A stretch of DNA of 64,000 nucleotides from Nitrospinota bacterium (lineage in GTDB: Bacteria > Nitrospinota > Nitrospinia > Nitrospinales > VA-1). A program made the position numbers and the translations under genes. The stretch is taken from NCBI GenBank assembly GCA_038108555.1, contig JAYNIA010000004.1, positions 640 to 64,639 on the forward strand, given 5' to 3'. Under the pieces are notes generated by a model. The model ran no database searches. It had not been told where the DNA came from and saw only the letters and a program-made list of their open reading frames with translations. Below, piece by piece: positions 36,398-44,766 of this stretch. The first letter of the stretch is position 1; each line of letters begins with the position of its first letter.

Positions 36398-36423
36398 TCC
36401 TTCGATTTCACTCAGGGTGACAG
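36398..36423 (+). repeat. repeat module D, copy 2
   Basis: TCCTTCGATTTCACTCAGGGTGACAG. Confidence 0.6.
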
Positions 36424-36486
36424 TTTAAAACCATTAAAAAATATTGATGCCCTGCAGGGACATTGGCAATTTTATTACTCCAGCCG

Positions 36487-36510
36487 ATGCTCCCTGTGGG
36501 GCATTTTTTT
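36487..36510 (+). terminator. hairpin plus T-run (terminator-like)
   Basis: ATGCTCCC-tgt-GGGGCAT followed by TTTTTTT; overlaps the stop codon of the convergent MMPL gene. Confidence 0.45.
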
Positions 36511-39238
36511 ACACTTTCCAGTTTCTTTCTGCGCTCAACTTCAGCAATGCCGGTAGGAAGGTAATGCTCGCGACCAGGCAGCAGAGAACTCCTAGAGAAA
36601 GCACCAGCCCCAGACTAAACACACCGTAATGGTCGGCGACCATCATACTGCCGAATCCGATGATGGTTGTGAGCGAACTGAGCACCACCGCCTGTCCGGT
36701 ACTTTTACCGAGCACAACTTTGGTTTTGTCTTCCTCTTCTCGGTAACGGTGGGTGATGTGGATTCCGTTCACCACGCCGATTCCCAGGATCAACGGCAGG
36801 ATAACGAGGTTGGCCATATTCAGTTTCAGGTCGAAGATATCCATGATCCCCAGCGTCCAGATGGAACCAACAAAAACCGGCAGCAGAATAAACAGAACCG
36901 TTCGCAAGTTTCTAAAGACAACGAAAACATAAATGATGATAGCGGTCATGGCGTAAAGGCCGCCGTTGATATAGCCCTCGGTCATCAGGCGGGTGGAGTT
37001 GAACATATGCACCGCACTTCCGGTGACGTTCGGGTCGACAGACTGCAGGTCTTTAAGATAGAGCTGGCGTTTTTCCAGGTTCCAGATATCGACACTGGGG
37101 TAAACGGTGATGAGGTATTTTCCCTGCTCGGAGATATAACGCTCACGCAAACTTTTGGGCAGTCCGGAGATTTCAACGAATTGCGGATCGGCGTTTTGTT
37201 TGAGTTCCTGCATCAGTTCGCGGTAATCGGCAAACAATTGCTGGGAAAACAATTCCAGTCGGGCTTCAGCTATATTCGGTTGGATCGATTCGTTCTCTTT
37301 GAAAAACCGGTCTACCAGTTTTGCGGCCTGCGCGACCTTATCTTCTTTTCCTTCTCTTCCCTGCAGTTTGAAACGGATACGTTTCAAGGTTTTGTTCAAC
37401 CGTTTGAGTGAGAAGGGATCGTCTTCTTCCTCCACATAAATTTCACTGAGCATCGGCGCGAGATTTTCTTTCACATACTCTGCATTTTCTTTCTGGTTTT
37501 CAGGAATCATGGCTGCAATGCTTTCGACATTTTCCACTGTCGGCAGGGTTTCAAGTTTTGCCTCCTTGGCCCGTACTTCTTCTAACGAGTCGGCAAGGAA
37601 GGCTGCGGACCATGCCGAGCGTCCCGCGTTTTCGAGAATGCGCATTTCATAACGCACCGCTTCGGTTCCCTTGGCCTGCAGGTTCAGCAGGTTGTAGTCG
37701 AAAAAGTTTTTCCTGAGCGAAAAAGAAGCCAGCAAAACCAGCGCCGTGCAAACCACAATGATGAGTTTGTAATGATTGAAAAATTTATCGAGCGTGCTGA
37801 TTCTGGCTACAACCGGTGTTTCTTTGGATTTGGGGTAATCGGGTTTTCTTATTTTTTCTTCCAGCGTCACCAGGGCCGGTAGCAACAGGATCATCGCGAT
37901 CATGCAAAAGAGGATTCCCCATCCCGCGATCCATCCCAATTCAACGATACCAATGAAGTCGGTGAGCACCATGGCACCAAACGCCATCGCGGTTGTTATG
38001 GCACCCGAAAAATTTCCCTTTCCGGTTCCATGCAGAGTTTTGTTCAGAGCCTCTAGAATATCGCTTCCCGATTGCCGCTCTTCTTTGAAACGTTCAAGGA
38101 TGTGAATACCGAAATCAATACCCAGACCGATGAGGATGGTGGTGAACACCACTGACAGGATATTCAAATGCCCAACGGTAACCGAAGTGAAACCCAGCGA
38201 CCAGGCCAGCGCCACAAGCAGGCTGAACACGGCAAGCAGCGGTTTGACAATGCCTTTGAACGCGATGATGAATAGCAGGGCGACTCCGATGAGCGCGATC
38301 TTTGAAGCCAGTTCCACATCTTTTTGGGTGGTGACCATTTCGTCGGTGGAGATGACGTCTTCTCCTGTCAGGCCGACTTCGATATCGGAGAAATCTTTTT
38401 TCACTTCGGCGATCAGGTCGCGTGCCGAATAGACAGAGTCCTTATAACCTGTGAAACTGGTTTCATCTTCATTGGGAACGGCAAGAATGAACAACAGTTT
38501 TTCGTTTTTGGAAGCCAGGTAGCCTTTCTCCCTCAGCGATTCTTCATCGTCATTGAAGAGGGATTGCCATGGCGAATTGTAATGATAATTTTTTTGAAGA
38601 GAGGCATTCATCTCTTCGAGAATGCGGATCAGCAGATTTAAATCATTCTCATCGTTTTTCTTTTCCTCTTCTTCATCATCTTCACCTAGAAACCCGGTCA
38701 TCAACGAATCGACCATACCCGAACTGATTTCTGTATTGATCTGGTGGAGCAGGGGATTGAGTCCCGGCGACTCGTTGATGGATTCGATGAAATCCTGATG
38801 TTCTTCCAGTTTTTCCTGCAGACTTTTTAAATCTTCGGGGTCGAGATAGAGCAGGAACCGCGAGCGGAAGTAACTGGTATCGAATTTATAGATGACCTGC
38901 GAGAAAAGATCGGGATGGCCTTTCAGTTTAGCTGCGAGTGTTTCAACAAATTGAATTCTTCGCTGGGGTGTTCCCCCTTCGGCAACAATGACCATACCGT
39001 CGAGGTCTTTAAAATGTTTGCGGTATTCCTTGTAACGTTTAACGTAGGGGAGGCCTTTGGCCACCAGATCTCCGCGTCCGGTTTTGAAAGTGAGTTTTTC
39101 ACCCGTGACCCAGACCGAGATAGCGGCAAGGGCCAGCGAAAGTACAACGACTAAGAGGGAATTCCGGAACGCAAGACGTTCCACAAAATGGAAAATTTTC
39201 CCCAAAAAAGAGGGGCTATCTAATTCGGTATTTGACAT
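36509..39238 (-). CDS. RND-superfamily MMPL-type transporter (HpnN-like hopanoid/lipid exporter family)
   Basis: ~909 aa with two 6-TM bundles, each preceded by a large periplasmic loop. GxxxD-type TM motifs (LIGLGIDFGIHILERF and ILGIGVVNGIHITHRY). Start taken at MSNTELDS. Confidence 0.8.
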   Translation of the reverse strand: MSNTELDSPSFLGKIFHFVERLAFRNSLLVVVLSLALAAISVWVTGEKLTFKTGRGDLVAKGLPYVKRYKEYRKHFKDLDGMVIVAEGGTPQRRIQFVETLAAKLKGHPDLFSQVIYKFDTSYFRSRFLLYLDPEDLKSLQEKLEEHQDFIESINESPGLNPLLHQINTEISSGMVDSLMTGFLGEDDEEEEKKNDENDLNLLIRILEEMNASLQKNYHYNSPWQSLFNDDEESLREKGYLASKNEKLLFILAVPNEDETSFTGYKDSVYSARDLIAEVKKDFSDIEVGLTGEDVISTDEMVTTQKDVELASKIALIGVALLFIIAFKGIVKPLLAVFSLLVALAWSLGFTSVTVGHLNILSVVFTTILIGLGIDFGIHILERFKEERQSGSDILEALNKTLHGTGKGNFSGAITTAMAFGAMVLTDFIGIVELGWIAGWGILFCMIAMILLLPALVTLEEKIRKPDYPKSKETPVVARISTLDKFFNHYKLIIVVCTALVLLASFSLRKNFFDYNLLNLQAKGTEAVRYEMRILENAGRSAWSAAFLADSLEEVRAKEAKLETLPTVENVESIAAMIPENQKENAEYVKENLAPMLSEIYVEEEDDPFSLKRLNKTLKRIRFKLQGREGKEDKVAQAAKLVDRFFKENESIQPNIAEARLELFSQQLFADYRELMQELKQNADPQFVEISGLPKSLRERYISEQGKYLITVYPSVDIWNLEKRQLYLKDLQSVDPNVTGSAVHMFNSTRLMTEGYINGGLYAMTAIIIYVFVVFRNLRTVLFILLPVFVGSIWTLGIMDIFDLKLNMANLVILPLILGIGVVNGIHITHRYREEEDKTKVVLGKSTGQAVVLSSLTTIIGFGSMMVADHYGVFSLGLVLSLGVLCCLVASITFLPALLKLSAERNWKV

Positions 39239-39316
39239 GAAAGGAAGAAACGATGGATCTACCCTCACAGGGCACGAACATTAAGGATTGGTAATACGGC
39301 CACGCTCCTGTTAATC

Positions 39317-39332
39317 GCTCGCGATGACCGGC
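39317..39332 (-). repeat. module A, inverted copy
   Basis: GCTCGCGATGACCGGC is the reverse complement of GCCGGTCATCGCGAGC. Confidence 0.6.
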
Positions 39333-39358
39333 AAGAGAATTTATTGATGGGTTTTAAT

Positions 39359-39392
39359 CCCCCTGCGGCGGTGCGCCGCCCTCTAACGAGGG
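39359..39392 (-). repeat. module R, inverted copy
   Basis: Reverse complement reads CCCTCGTTAGAGGGCGGCGCACCGCCGCAGGGGG; 28/31 identical to 21879-21909. Confidence 0.75.
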
Positions 39393-39478
39393 TCGTAAAT
39401 AGCCAACTTATAGTAAAAAGCCAACAGGTTCCGGTTACTTGACAGGTATTGCCCTATTCCCACCGGGCGTGGCCCGGA

Positions 39479-40084
39479 TTAGAAGCGCATGCCCAGACTG
39501 AAGATATGAGCGTTGAGGCCAATATTGGGGAATTCAATTCCTGCATTGGATACATGCCACAGGCGGTAGTTTAAAGACCAGGCAGTGGTTTGATTATAAA
39601 ACTCAACACCCGCGCCAATATGGAGCAAAAACTCAAAGGCCGTGGCAATTTCGCGTGTGGCCAGATCATTCCAGTCCCCGTATGAGAAACCGGCACCGGC
39701 GAGAATATTCGGAGCCCATTTTCTTTTAGGACTGAGGAATTTGTACTGGGCCATGAGGGGGGAGAATCCCCACAAGGTGTTTCCACCACGATCGGCAGCA
39801 ATTGCCACTCCAGCTTCAGCGTGGTAGAAAAGCGCCCCGCGATACCAGGATTCGCCAATCAAACCGGTTATATTGTGTTGCCAGTTTGGAAAAATGAATG
39901 CCGTTCCAATATTTATCCGGTCCCTTCCCGGTGGCAGATCGAAGGTATAACCCCATCCGACCTGGGCACCAAAATCGTGGGAACCCTTTTCAAACCGTTC
40001 GGAAAAAGTATCCGCACCAGCGATATTGGTTTGGGTAGCAAATGTCAGGAAAAAAGCGGCAATGGCGGCAAGCAAAAATCTCAT
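39479..40084 (-). CDS. outer-membrane beta-barrel, lipid A deacylase (PagL)/acyloxyacyl hydrolase-like
   Basis: Signal peptide MRFLLAAIAAFFLTFATQTNIAGA; alternating beta-strand pattern; HVSNAG (H-x-S-N catalytic-type motif of the PagL family); C-terminal F. Confidence 0.65.
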   Translation of the reverse strand: MRFLLAAIAAFFLTFATQTNIAGADTFSERFEKGSHDFGAQVGWGYTFDLPPGRDRINIGTAFIFPNWQHNITGLIGESWYRGALFYHAEAGVAIAADRGGNTLWGFSPLMAQYKFLSPKRKWAPNILAGAGFSYGDWNDLATREIATAFEFLLHIGAGVEFYNQTTAWSLNYRLWHVSNAGIEFPNIGLNAHIFSLGMRF

Positions 40085-40244
40085 AAATGTTTGTATCCTA
40101 AAGTCTAATTTAACGGAAACTCCCAATTTAAAAGCGAAATTGTATCATAATTTGGCAATTTTTCCATGCAATTATTGGGGTTTGCATGGAACATGTTTAG
40201 TGTTATAATCGGCGTTTTCTCAAATAAATAAAGGGATTTTCGCT

Positions 40245-40523
40245 ATGATGGGAATTGGTTTTCCAGAATTAATGATCATTTTGGTCATTATTATGATTAT
40301 CTTCGGGGCTGGCAAGCTTCCTGAAATTGGGAGTGCCTTTGGTAACAGCATCCGAAACTTTAAAAAATCGATGAAGGAAGCAGAACAGGAAGAAGAATTG
40401 CCCGAAGGCTCCACCGCAGAAAATGCAATTACAGAAGGTGATTCCGCTGAAGGACAACCTGCTGAGGGTGCCGATCCTGCCGAAAATCCTGTAGCCTCAA
40501 CAACAGAAACGGAACAAAAATAA
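40245..40523 (+). CDS. tatA: twin-arginine translocase subunit TatA/E
   Basis: [40 protein letters not shown]; acidic C-terminal tail. Confidence 0.9.
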   Translation: MMGIGFPELMIILVIIMIIFGAGKLPEIGSAFGNSIRNFKKSMKEAEQEEELPEGSTAENAITEGDSAEGQPAEGADPAENPVASTTETEQK

Positions 40524-40582
40524 TCCGATTCATTTAATTTGCCTGTAACCTGGTTTTTTTTCCGAATCCCAGGACCCTTATG

Positions 40583-40639
40583 AATCGCTTTGCTTTCCAT
40601 CGCATCTTATAAATGAATGGACACAACAGCAAAGCGATT
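40583..40639. promoter_or_regulatory. 12-bp perfect inverted repeat (long stem-loop) between tatA and the ECF sigma gene
   Basis: AATCGCTTTGCT (40583-40594) and AGCAAAGCGATT (40628-40639), 33-nt loop. Confidence 0.3.
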
Positions 40640-40694
40640 ACTAATATATGGAAGCAGGCATCCTTCCAAGAAATAAGAACAGAATTGCTGTTTT

Positions 40695-41324
40695 ATGTCT
40701 TTTTCTCAACCCAAAGAAGATAAAGAAATTGAAGAATCTCTGGTTCGCGAGTTTCAGGGTGGCAACCTGGATGCTTTCGATAAAATAGCAGAGATTTACC
40801 AGAAAAAAGTTTATGGGCTGAGTTTTAATCTGACCCGGAACCAGATGGATGCGCAGGATGTGACGCAGGAAGTACTCCTGACTCTCTTCCGCAAGATCCA
40901 TATGTTCCAGGGGAAGTCTGCGTTTTCAAGTTGGGTTTACCGGATCACACTCAACGCCAGCTACATGAAGCTGCGCAGTAAAAAGAAGGAGCCAAATGTT
41001 TCCATTTACGAGTTGATGCCTTCGTTTAACGGAGCCGGGTTCCAACAGGAAAAAATTCAGGACTGGTCTGAAAATACCGAATCGTTAATGTTCACTAACG
41101 AAACCCGTGAGGTGATTAACAAGGCGGTCGACTTGCTTCCTGAAAAGGAAAAAGTGGTTTTTCTGCTACGGGATGTTGAAGGCCTCTCCACCGAAGAAAC
41201 TGGAGACGTATTGGACCTAACAGTTCCGGCAGTTAAATCGAGATTACACCGTGCGAGATTGTTTTTAAGAAAAAAACTTTCTAATTATTTTGAAGAATTT
41301 TCATCTCGGAAGGCGGAAAAATGA
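40695..41324 (+). CDS. ECF-type RNA polymerase sigma-70 family factor
   Basis: Region 2 DAQDVTQEVLLTLFRK...FSSWVYRITLNA; region 4 LSTEETGDVLDLTVPAVKSRLHRAR. Confidence 0.9.
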   Translation: MSFSQPKEDKEIEESLVREFQGGNLDAFDKIAEIYQKKVYGLSFNLTRNQMDAQDVTQEVLLTLFRKIHMFQGKSAFSSWVYRITLNASYMKLRSKKKEPNVSIYELMPSFNGAGFQQEKIQDWSENTESLMFTNETREVINKAVDLLPEKEKVVFLLRDVEGLSTEETGDVLDLTVPAVKSRLHRARLFLRKKLSNYFEEFSSRKAEK

Positions 41325-41572
41325 TTTGCTGTAAAGAATGCCTTGACCTACTTTACGATTATATTGATGGAAACCTGGATCAAGAAACCACAAAAACCCT
41401 CGAAGAACACTTTGAGGAATGTCCACCCTGCCTTGCATTTTTGAACACATATAAATCAACAACCAATGTGTGCCGGGAAAATTTGAGTGAAGCAGGAATC
41501 CCTGATGTGGTGCGAGACACCCTGCTCAAAGTCATTAATAAACAAAAAGCGGAACAACAAAACAAAAAATAG
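41321..41572 (+). CDS. zinc-binding anti-sigma factor (ZAS, soluble RsrA-like; no TM segment)
   Basis: 4-nt overlap with the sigma gene. C-x2-C near the N-terminus (CCKEC) plus HFEECPPC (H-x3-C-x2-C). Confidence 0.75.
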   Translation: MICCKECLDLLYDYIDGNLDQETTKTLEEHFEECPPCLAFLNTYKSTTNVCRENLSEAGIPDVVRDTLLKVINKQKAEQQNKK

Positions 41573-41755
41573 CCTCTAGTGGGAAGAAAAACAAAGCTCA
41601 GGATTTAAAACTATTTTTTTCCCATCCACAATTAGACAATTTTTAAGGGTTCCGTTATAATTTTTTTAGGGCTTTTTATTCTGTTTGCCTTAGTAAAATC
41701 TGTTACGATATAAATATTCTATCAATAAATATACATTTACCTGAGGCCAAGGGAC

Positions 41756-42244
41756 ATGGTTGAAATGAAAGTTGAGGGGCTGACCTTAGATCCGCTCACC
41801 AACATGCCCATCATCATTTTGAAAGATTCAACAGGCGCAAAAGCGTTGCCCATCTGGGTGGGTTATTTTGAGGCAAATGCCATCGCATTGGAAATAGAAA
41901 ATATTTCCACACCTCGACCCATGACCCATGATCTTTTGAAAAACCTGATCCTGAATATGAAAGCCGAAGTGAACCACATTCTGGTAAATGAATTAAAAGA
42001 TAATACCTTTTATGCGGTCATCTCAGTCGTTTGTGGAGACAGCACATTATCTATTGATTCGCGCCCTTCCGATGCAATTGCCCTGGCATTGAGGACCAAG
42101 TCCCCTATTTTCGTTGAGGAAAAAGTCATCGAAGCTGCCAAGAGTCTGGATCTCCCGGATCCTGAAAAAACCAACACGGACGATGAGAAACAATGGCAGG
42201 ATTGGCTCAACAAGATAAAACCGGAAGATTTTGGCAAACTGTAA
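41756..42244 (+). CDS. bifunctional nuclease (BFN/DUF151) family protein
   Basis: VEGLTLDPLTNMPIIILKD...KALPIWVGYFEANAIALEIENISTPRPMTHDLL. Confidence 0.8.
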   Translation: MVEMKVEGLTLDPLTNMPIIILKDSTGAKALPIWVGYFEANAIALEIENISTPRPMTHDLLKNLILNMKAEVNHILVNELKDNTFYAVISVVCGDSTLSIDSRPSDAIALALRTKSPIFVEEKVIEAAKSLDLPDPEKTNTDDEKQWQDWLNKIKPEDFGKL

Positions 42245-42359
42245 GATCCACCAAAACCGTCATACCAAATTCCCCCCTTATCATTTTTAAATAGCATCGC
42301 AGGTGTTTTTCCCCTATTGTTAGTTTCGTCAGGACAGATTCAAATATCAGGGTGAACTT

Positions 42360-43235
42360 GTGAAAAAAATCGGAATATTCTGCAAACAAAAACCAACGGT
42401 AGACCCCACCATTATCAGCCAGCTTTCCCAATGGCTGGAATCTAAAAATTGTACGGTCTTTCTGGAACCGGACACCGCGGAACTCATCGGCAAAAACAGT
42501 TCTACATCAAAAGAAGATGTCGCCTCGAACTCCGACCTCATTATTTGTTTGGGAGGAGATGGCACCTTACTAAATGTCGCTAATATCGCTCATCCTCATG
42601 AAGTCCCCATATTAGGGGTCAATCTGGGAAGCCTTGGGTTCCTGACCGAAACGACCATGGAAGATTTTTACCCCACCCTCGAACAGGTATTGGAAGGAAA
42701 ATGTGAAATTGAAAACCGCATGCTGTTAAATGCCGGGGTGCGGAGGGATGGAAAAAAAATTGAAGACTTCAATGTGCTCAACGATATCGTAATTAACAAA
42801 GGCGCTTTGGCAAGAATCGTCAACCTTGAAGTTTTCGTAGACAACCAATACATGACTTCGTACCGGGCGGATGGACTCATCATTTCCTCCCCTACCGGTT
42901 CCACGGCCTATTCCCTTTCCGCAGGTGGGCCTATCATTCACCCGAGCATGGGAGCTTTGGTGTTGAGTCCCATTTGTCCTTTTGCTCTGACAAACCGTCC
43001 CGTTGTGATTCCCGACTCATCCACCATCACCGTTCAACTCACAACAAGATACGATGACGAAGATGTAAGAATCACCCTGGACGGCCAAACCGGATGTTCC
43101 CTGAAATCAGGAGATATTCTGGAAGCAAAAAAAGCTGAGATCCCTGTGAAACTGGTTCAAGCACCCGGAAAAGATTATTACGAGCTACTAAGGAAAAAAC
43201 TGCACTGGGGTGCCACGACAGAAAATAATCCCTGA
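42360..43235 (+). CDS. nadK: NAD+ kinase
   Basis: GGDGTLL; SYRADGLIISSPTGSTAYSLSAGGPI; GTG start. Confidence 0.9.
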   Translation: MKKIGIFCKQKPTVDPTIISQLSQWLESKNCTVFLEPDTAELIGKNSSTSKEDVASNSDLIICLGGDGTLLNVANIAHPHEVPILGVNLGSLGFLTETTMEDFYPTLEQVLEGKCEIENRMLLNAGVRRDGKKIEDFNVLNDIVINKGALARIVNLEVFVDNQYMTSYRADGLIISSPTGSTAYSLSAGGPIIHPSMGALVLSPICPFALTNRPVVIPDSSTITVQLTTRYDDEDVRITLDGQTGCSLKSGDILEAKKAEIPVKLVQAPGKDYYELLRKKLHWGATTENNP

Positions 43236-43253
43236 TTTCTTTACACATTGACC

Positions 43254-44153
43254 ATGAATCAAAATATCATTGCCTGCGAACGGAAGGTAGATATAGGCAC
43301 TCGTGTTGTTTTGTGGTCCGAGAAAGATGGATTCAAATGCCCCAACCCTCGGGGGCGTCAGAAATGCAGCCAGCACAACCCTTCGCTGAACGATGCCCCC
43401 AGCCTGGACTTCAAAAACTACAAAATAAAAAATACTGAGACCGCTTACCAGGAATTGACACAATGCGTTTACCAACTGGTATTGCATTACGATGTCTGTT
43501 ACACCTCTTTGCACTGCCACCAACTAATGCAAGACAGTTCTTTTAAAGGCAGTCATTTTTATCTCGACCTCGATGGCACCCTTTTCCAAACCTGCGATTT
43601 ATATTGGAAAACAAATACCGCGCCCGCAGATGATAAAAAAGGAAATGAAAGAGCGGTACATGTTGAAATTTCAAATTTATCCTGGGAGGCCCTTGCAAGG
43701 GAATCTGAATACTATCCCTCCAAAAATGACAAATATAAGAAAACCAGAAAAGGTTGGAGGCTGGATGTTCCCCGGAAATTAAAAACCAAAACACTTAAAA
43801 AAAACTTTTCCGCTAATCCAGCGCGTGCATTTGGTAACCGTGGTTTTTTCAGCAAGAAAGTAAATGGGAAAATGGTAAGAATGTGGGACTTCACAGAGGA
43901 GCAATATGTGGCACTGGAAAAATTGTGTGCCGGACTCAACAAATTGCTACCGGCTATTAAATTGAAGGTTCCATTTGAAAAAGAAACGGGCCGGCATCCC
44001 CTGGATCGATTAAAAAATTTTTCTCGCTTTAAAGGAGTGTTGGGTCACTGCCACGTGCAAAATGGCTCCACCGGACTTGAATGCAAATACGACCCGGGTT
44101 CTGCATTTAACTGGGGCCGCCTTCATCGATTCTTTAAAAATTTAAACGGTTAA
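43254..44153 (+). CDS. N-acetylmuramoyl-L-alanine amidase family 2 (AmpD/PGRP-like) protein
   Basis: LVLHYDV..., HFYLDLDGTLFQTCDL, AVHVEISN, VLGHCHV...KYDPGSAFNW match the Amidase_2 pattern. Confidence 0.7.
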   Translation: MNQNIIACERKVDIGTRVVLWSEKDGFKCPNPRGRQKCSQHNPSLNDAPSLDFKNYKIKNTETAYQELTQCVYQLVLHYDVCYTSLHCHQLMQDSSFKGSHFYLDLDGTLFQTCDLYWKTNTAPADDKKGNERAVHVEISNLSWEALARESEYYPSKNDKYKKTRKGWRLDVPRKLKTKTLKKNFSANPARAFGNRGFFSKKVNGKMVRMWDFTEEQYVALEKLCAGLNKLLPAIKLKVPFEKETGRHPLDRLKNFSRFKGVLGHCHVQNGSTGLECKYDPGSAFNWGRLHRFFKNLNG

Positions 44154-44260
44154 AAAAACCCGGGTTTTTATCCGTGCATTTTTATAAGAATTTTGGGTTG
44201 ACCTTTTTGCCCGTTTGGGGGAAGCTGGGACAAACCAAAATAAATTTTGCCGATTTTAAA

Positions 44261-44764
44261 ATGCGTCGAATAATTTACAGCTTAGTTTTTTTATTTGTTG
44301 GATTTGGTCTTGCTTCCCAGGTTGCAGCTGAAACCTGGTATGTGAAAAAAAATTCCACCAAACTTCAATCAGAAGCCAAGGCACGCTCAAAAGTTCTGGC
44401 TAAACTGAATAAGGGTACCCCCGTTGATGTATTGGGAAAATCCGGAAAATTTTTCCAAGTCTCAGCCGGTGGTGAAAAAGGCTGGATTTTCCGATTTAAA
44501 TTAACAAAAAAGGCACCTGCGGGAGGAGGAGGCGATGGCGATGTCCTGGGGGCATTGGGAGGACAACAACAAATAGCTGCCCGCGAATCTGCCTATGGGT
44601 CCAGCATTCGCGGTCTCAGTCCGATTTCAGAGGAGCACGCCATTAAGAAAGGTGCATCCCCTGCAAGCATTGAATCTGTCAAAGAAATGGAAAGATATAA
44701 AATTGATGACGAGGCTTTGGATAAATTCCTTGAAGAGGGCCGGTTGGGAGCCTACGCGGATTGA
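44261..44764 (+). CDS. secreted bacterial SH3-domain protein
   Basis: Signal peptide MRRIIYSLVFLFVGFGLASQVAA; SH3b-like WYVKKNSTKLQSEAKARSKVLAKLNKGTPVDVLGKSGKFFQVSAGGEKGWIF. Confidence 0.65.
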   Translation: MRRIIYSLVFLFVGFGLASQVAAETWYVKKNSTKLQSEAKARSKVLAKLNKGTPVDVLGKSGKFFQVSAGGEKGWIFRFKLTKKAPAGGGGDGDVLGALGGQQQIAARESAYGSSIRGLSPISEEHAIKKGASPASIESVKEMERYKIDDEALDKFLEEGRLGAYAD

Positions 44765-44766
44765 AT

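Noticed and set aside
36629-37411. 260-aa plus-strand ORF
   Set aside because: It is antisense to the MMPL transporter in a GC-rich region that suppresses stops, and it has no motif.
40220-40600. 126-aa minus-strand ORF; also 40641-40901 (86 aa)
   Set aside because: They are antisense to tatA and to the 5' end of the ECF sigma gene respectively, both of which have canonical motifs.
44153-44169. Palindrome AAAAAACCCGGGTTTTT after the amidase gene as a terminator
   Set aside because: The stem is mostly A-U with only a 6-nt GC core and no loop, so evidence is too weak to annotate.
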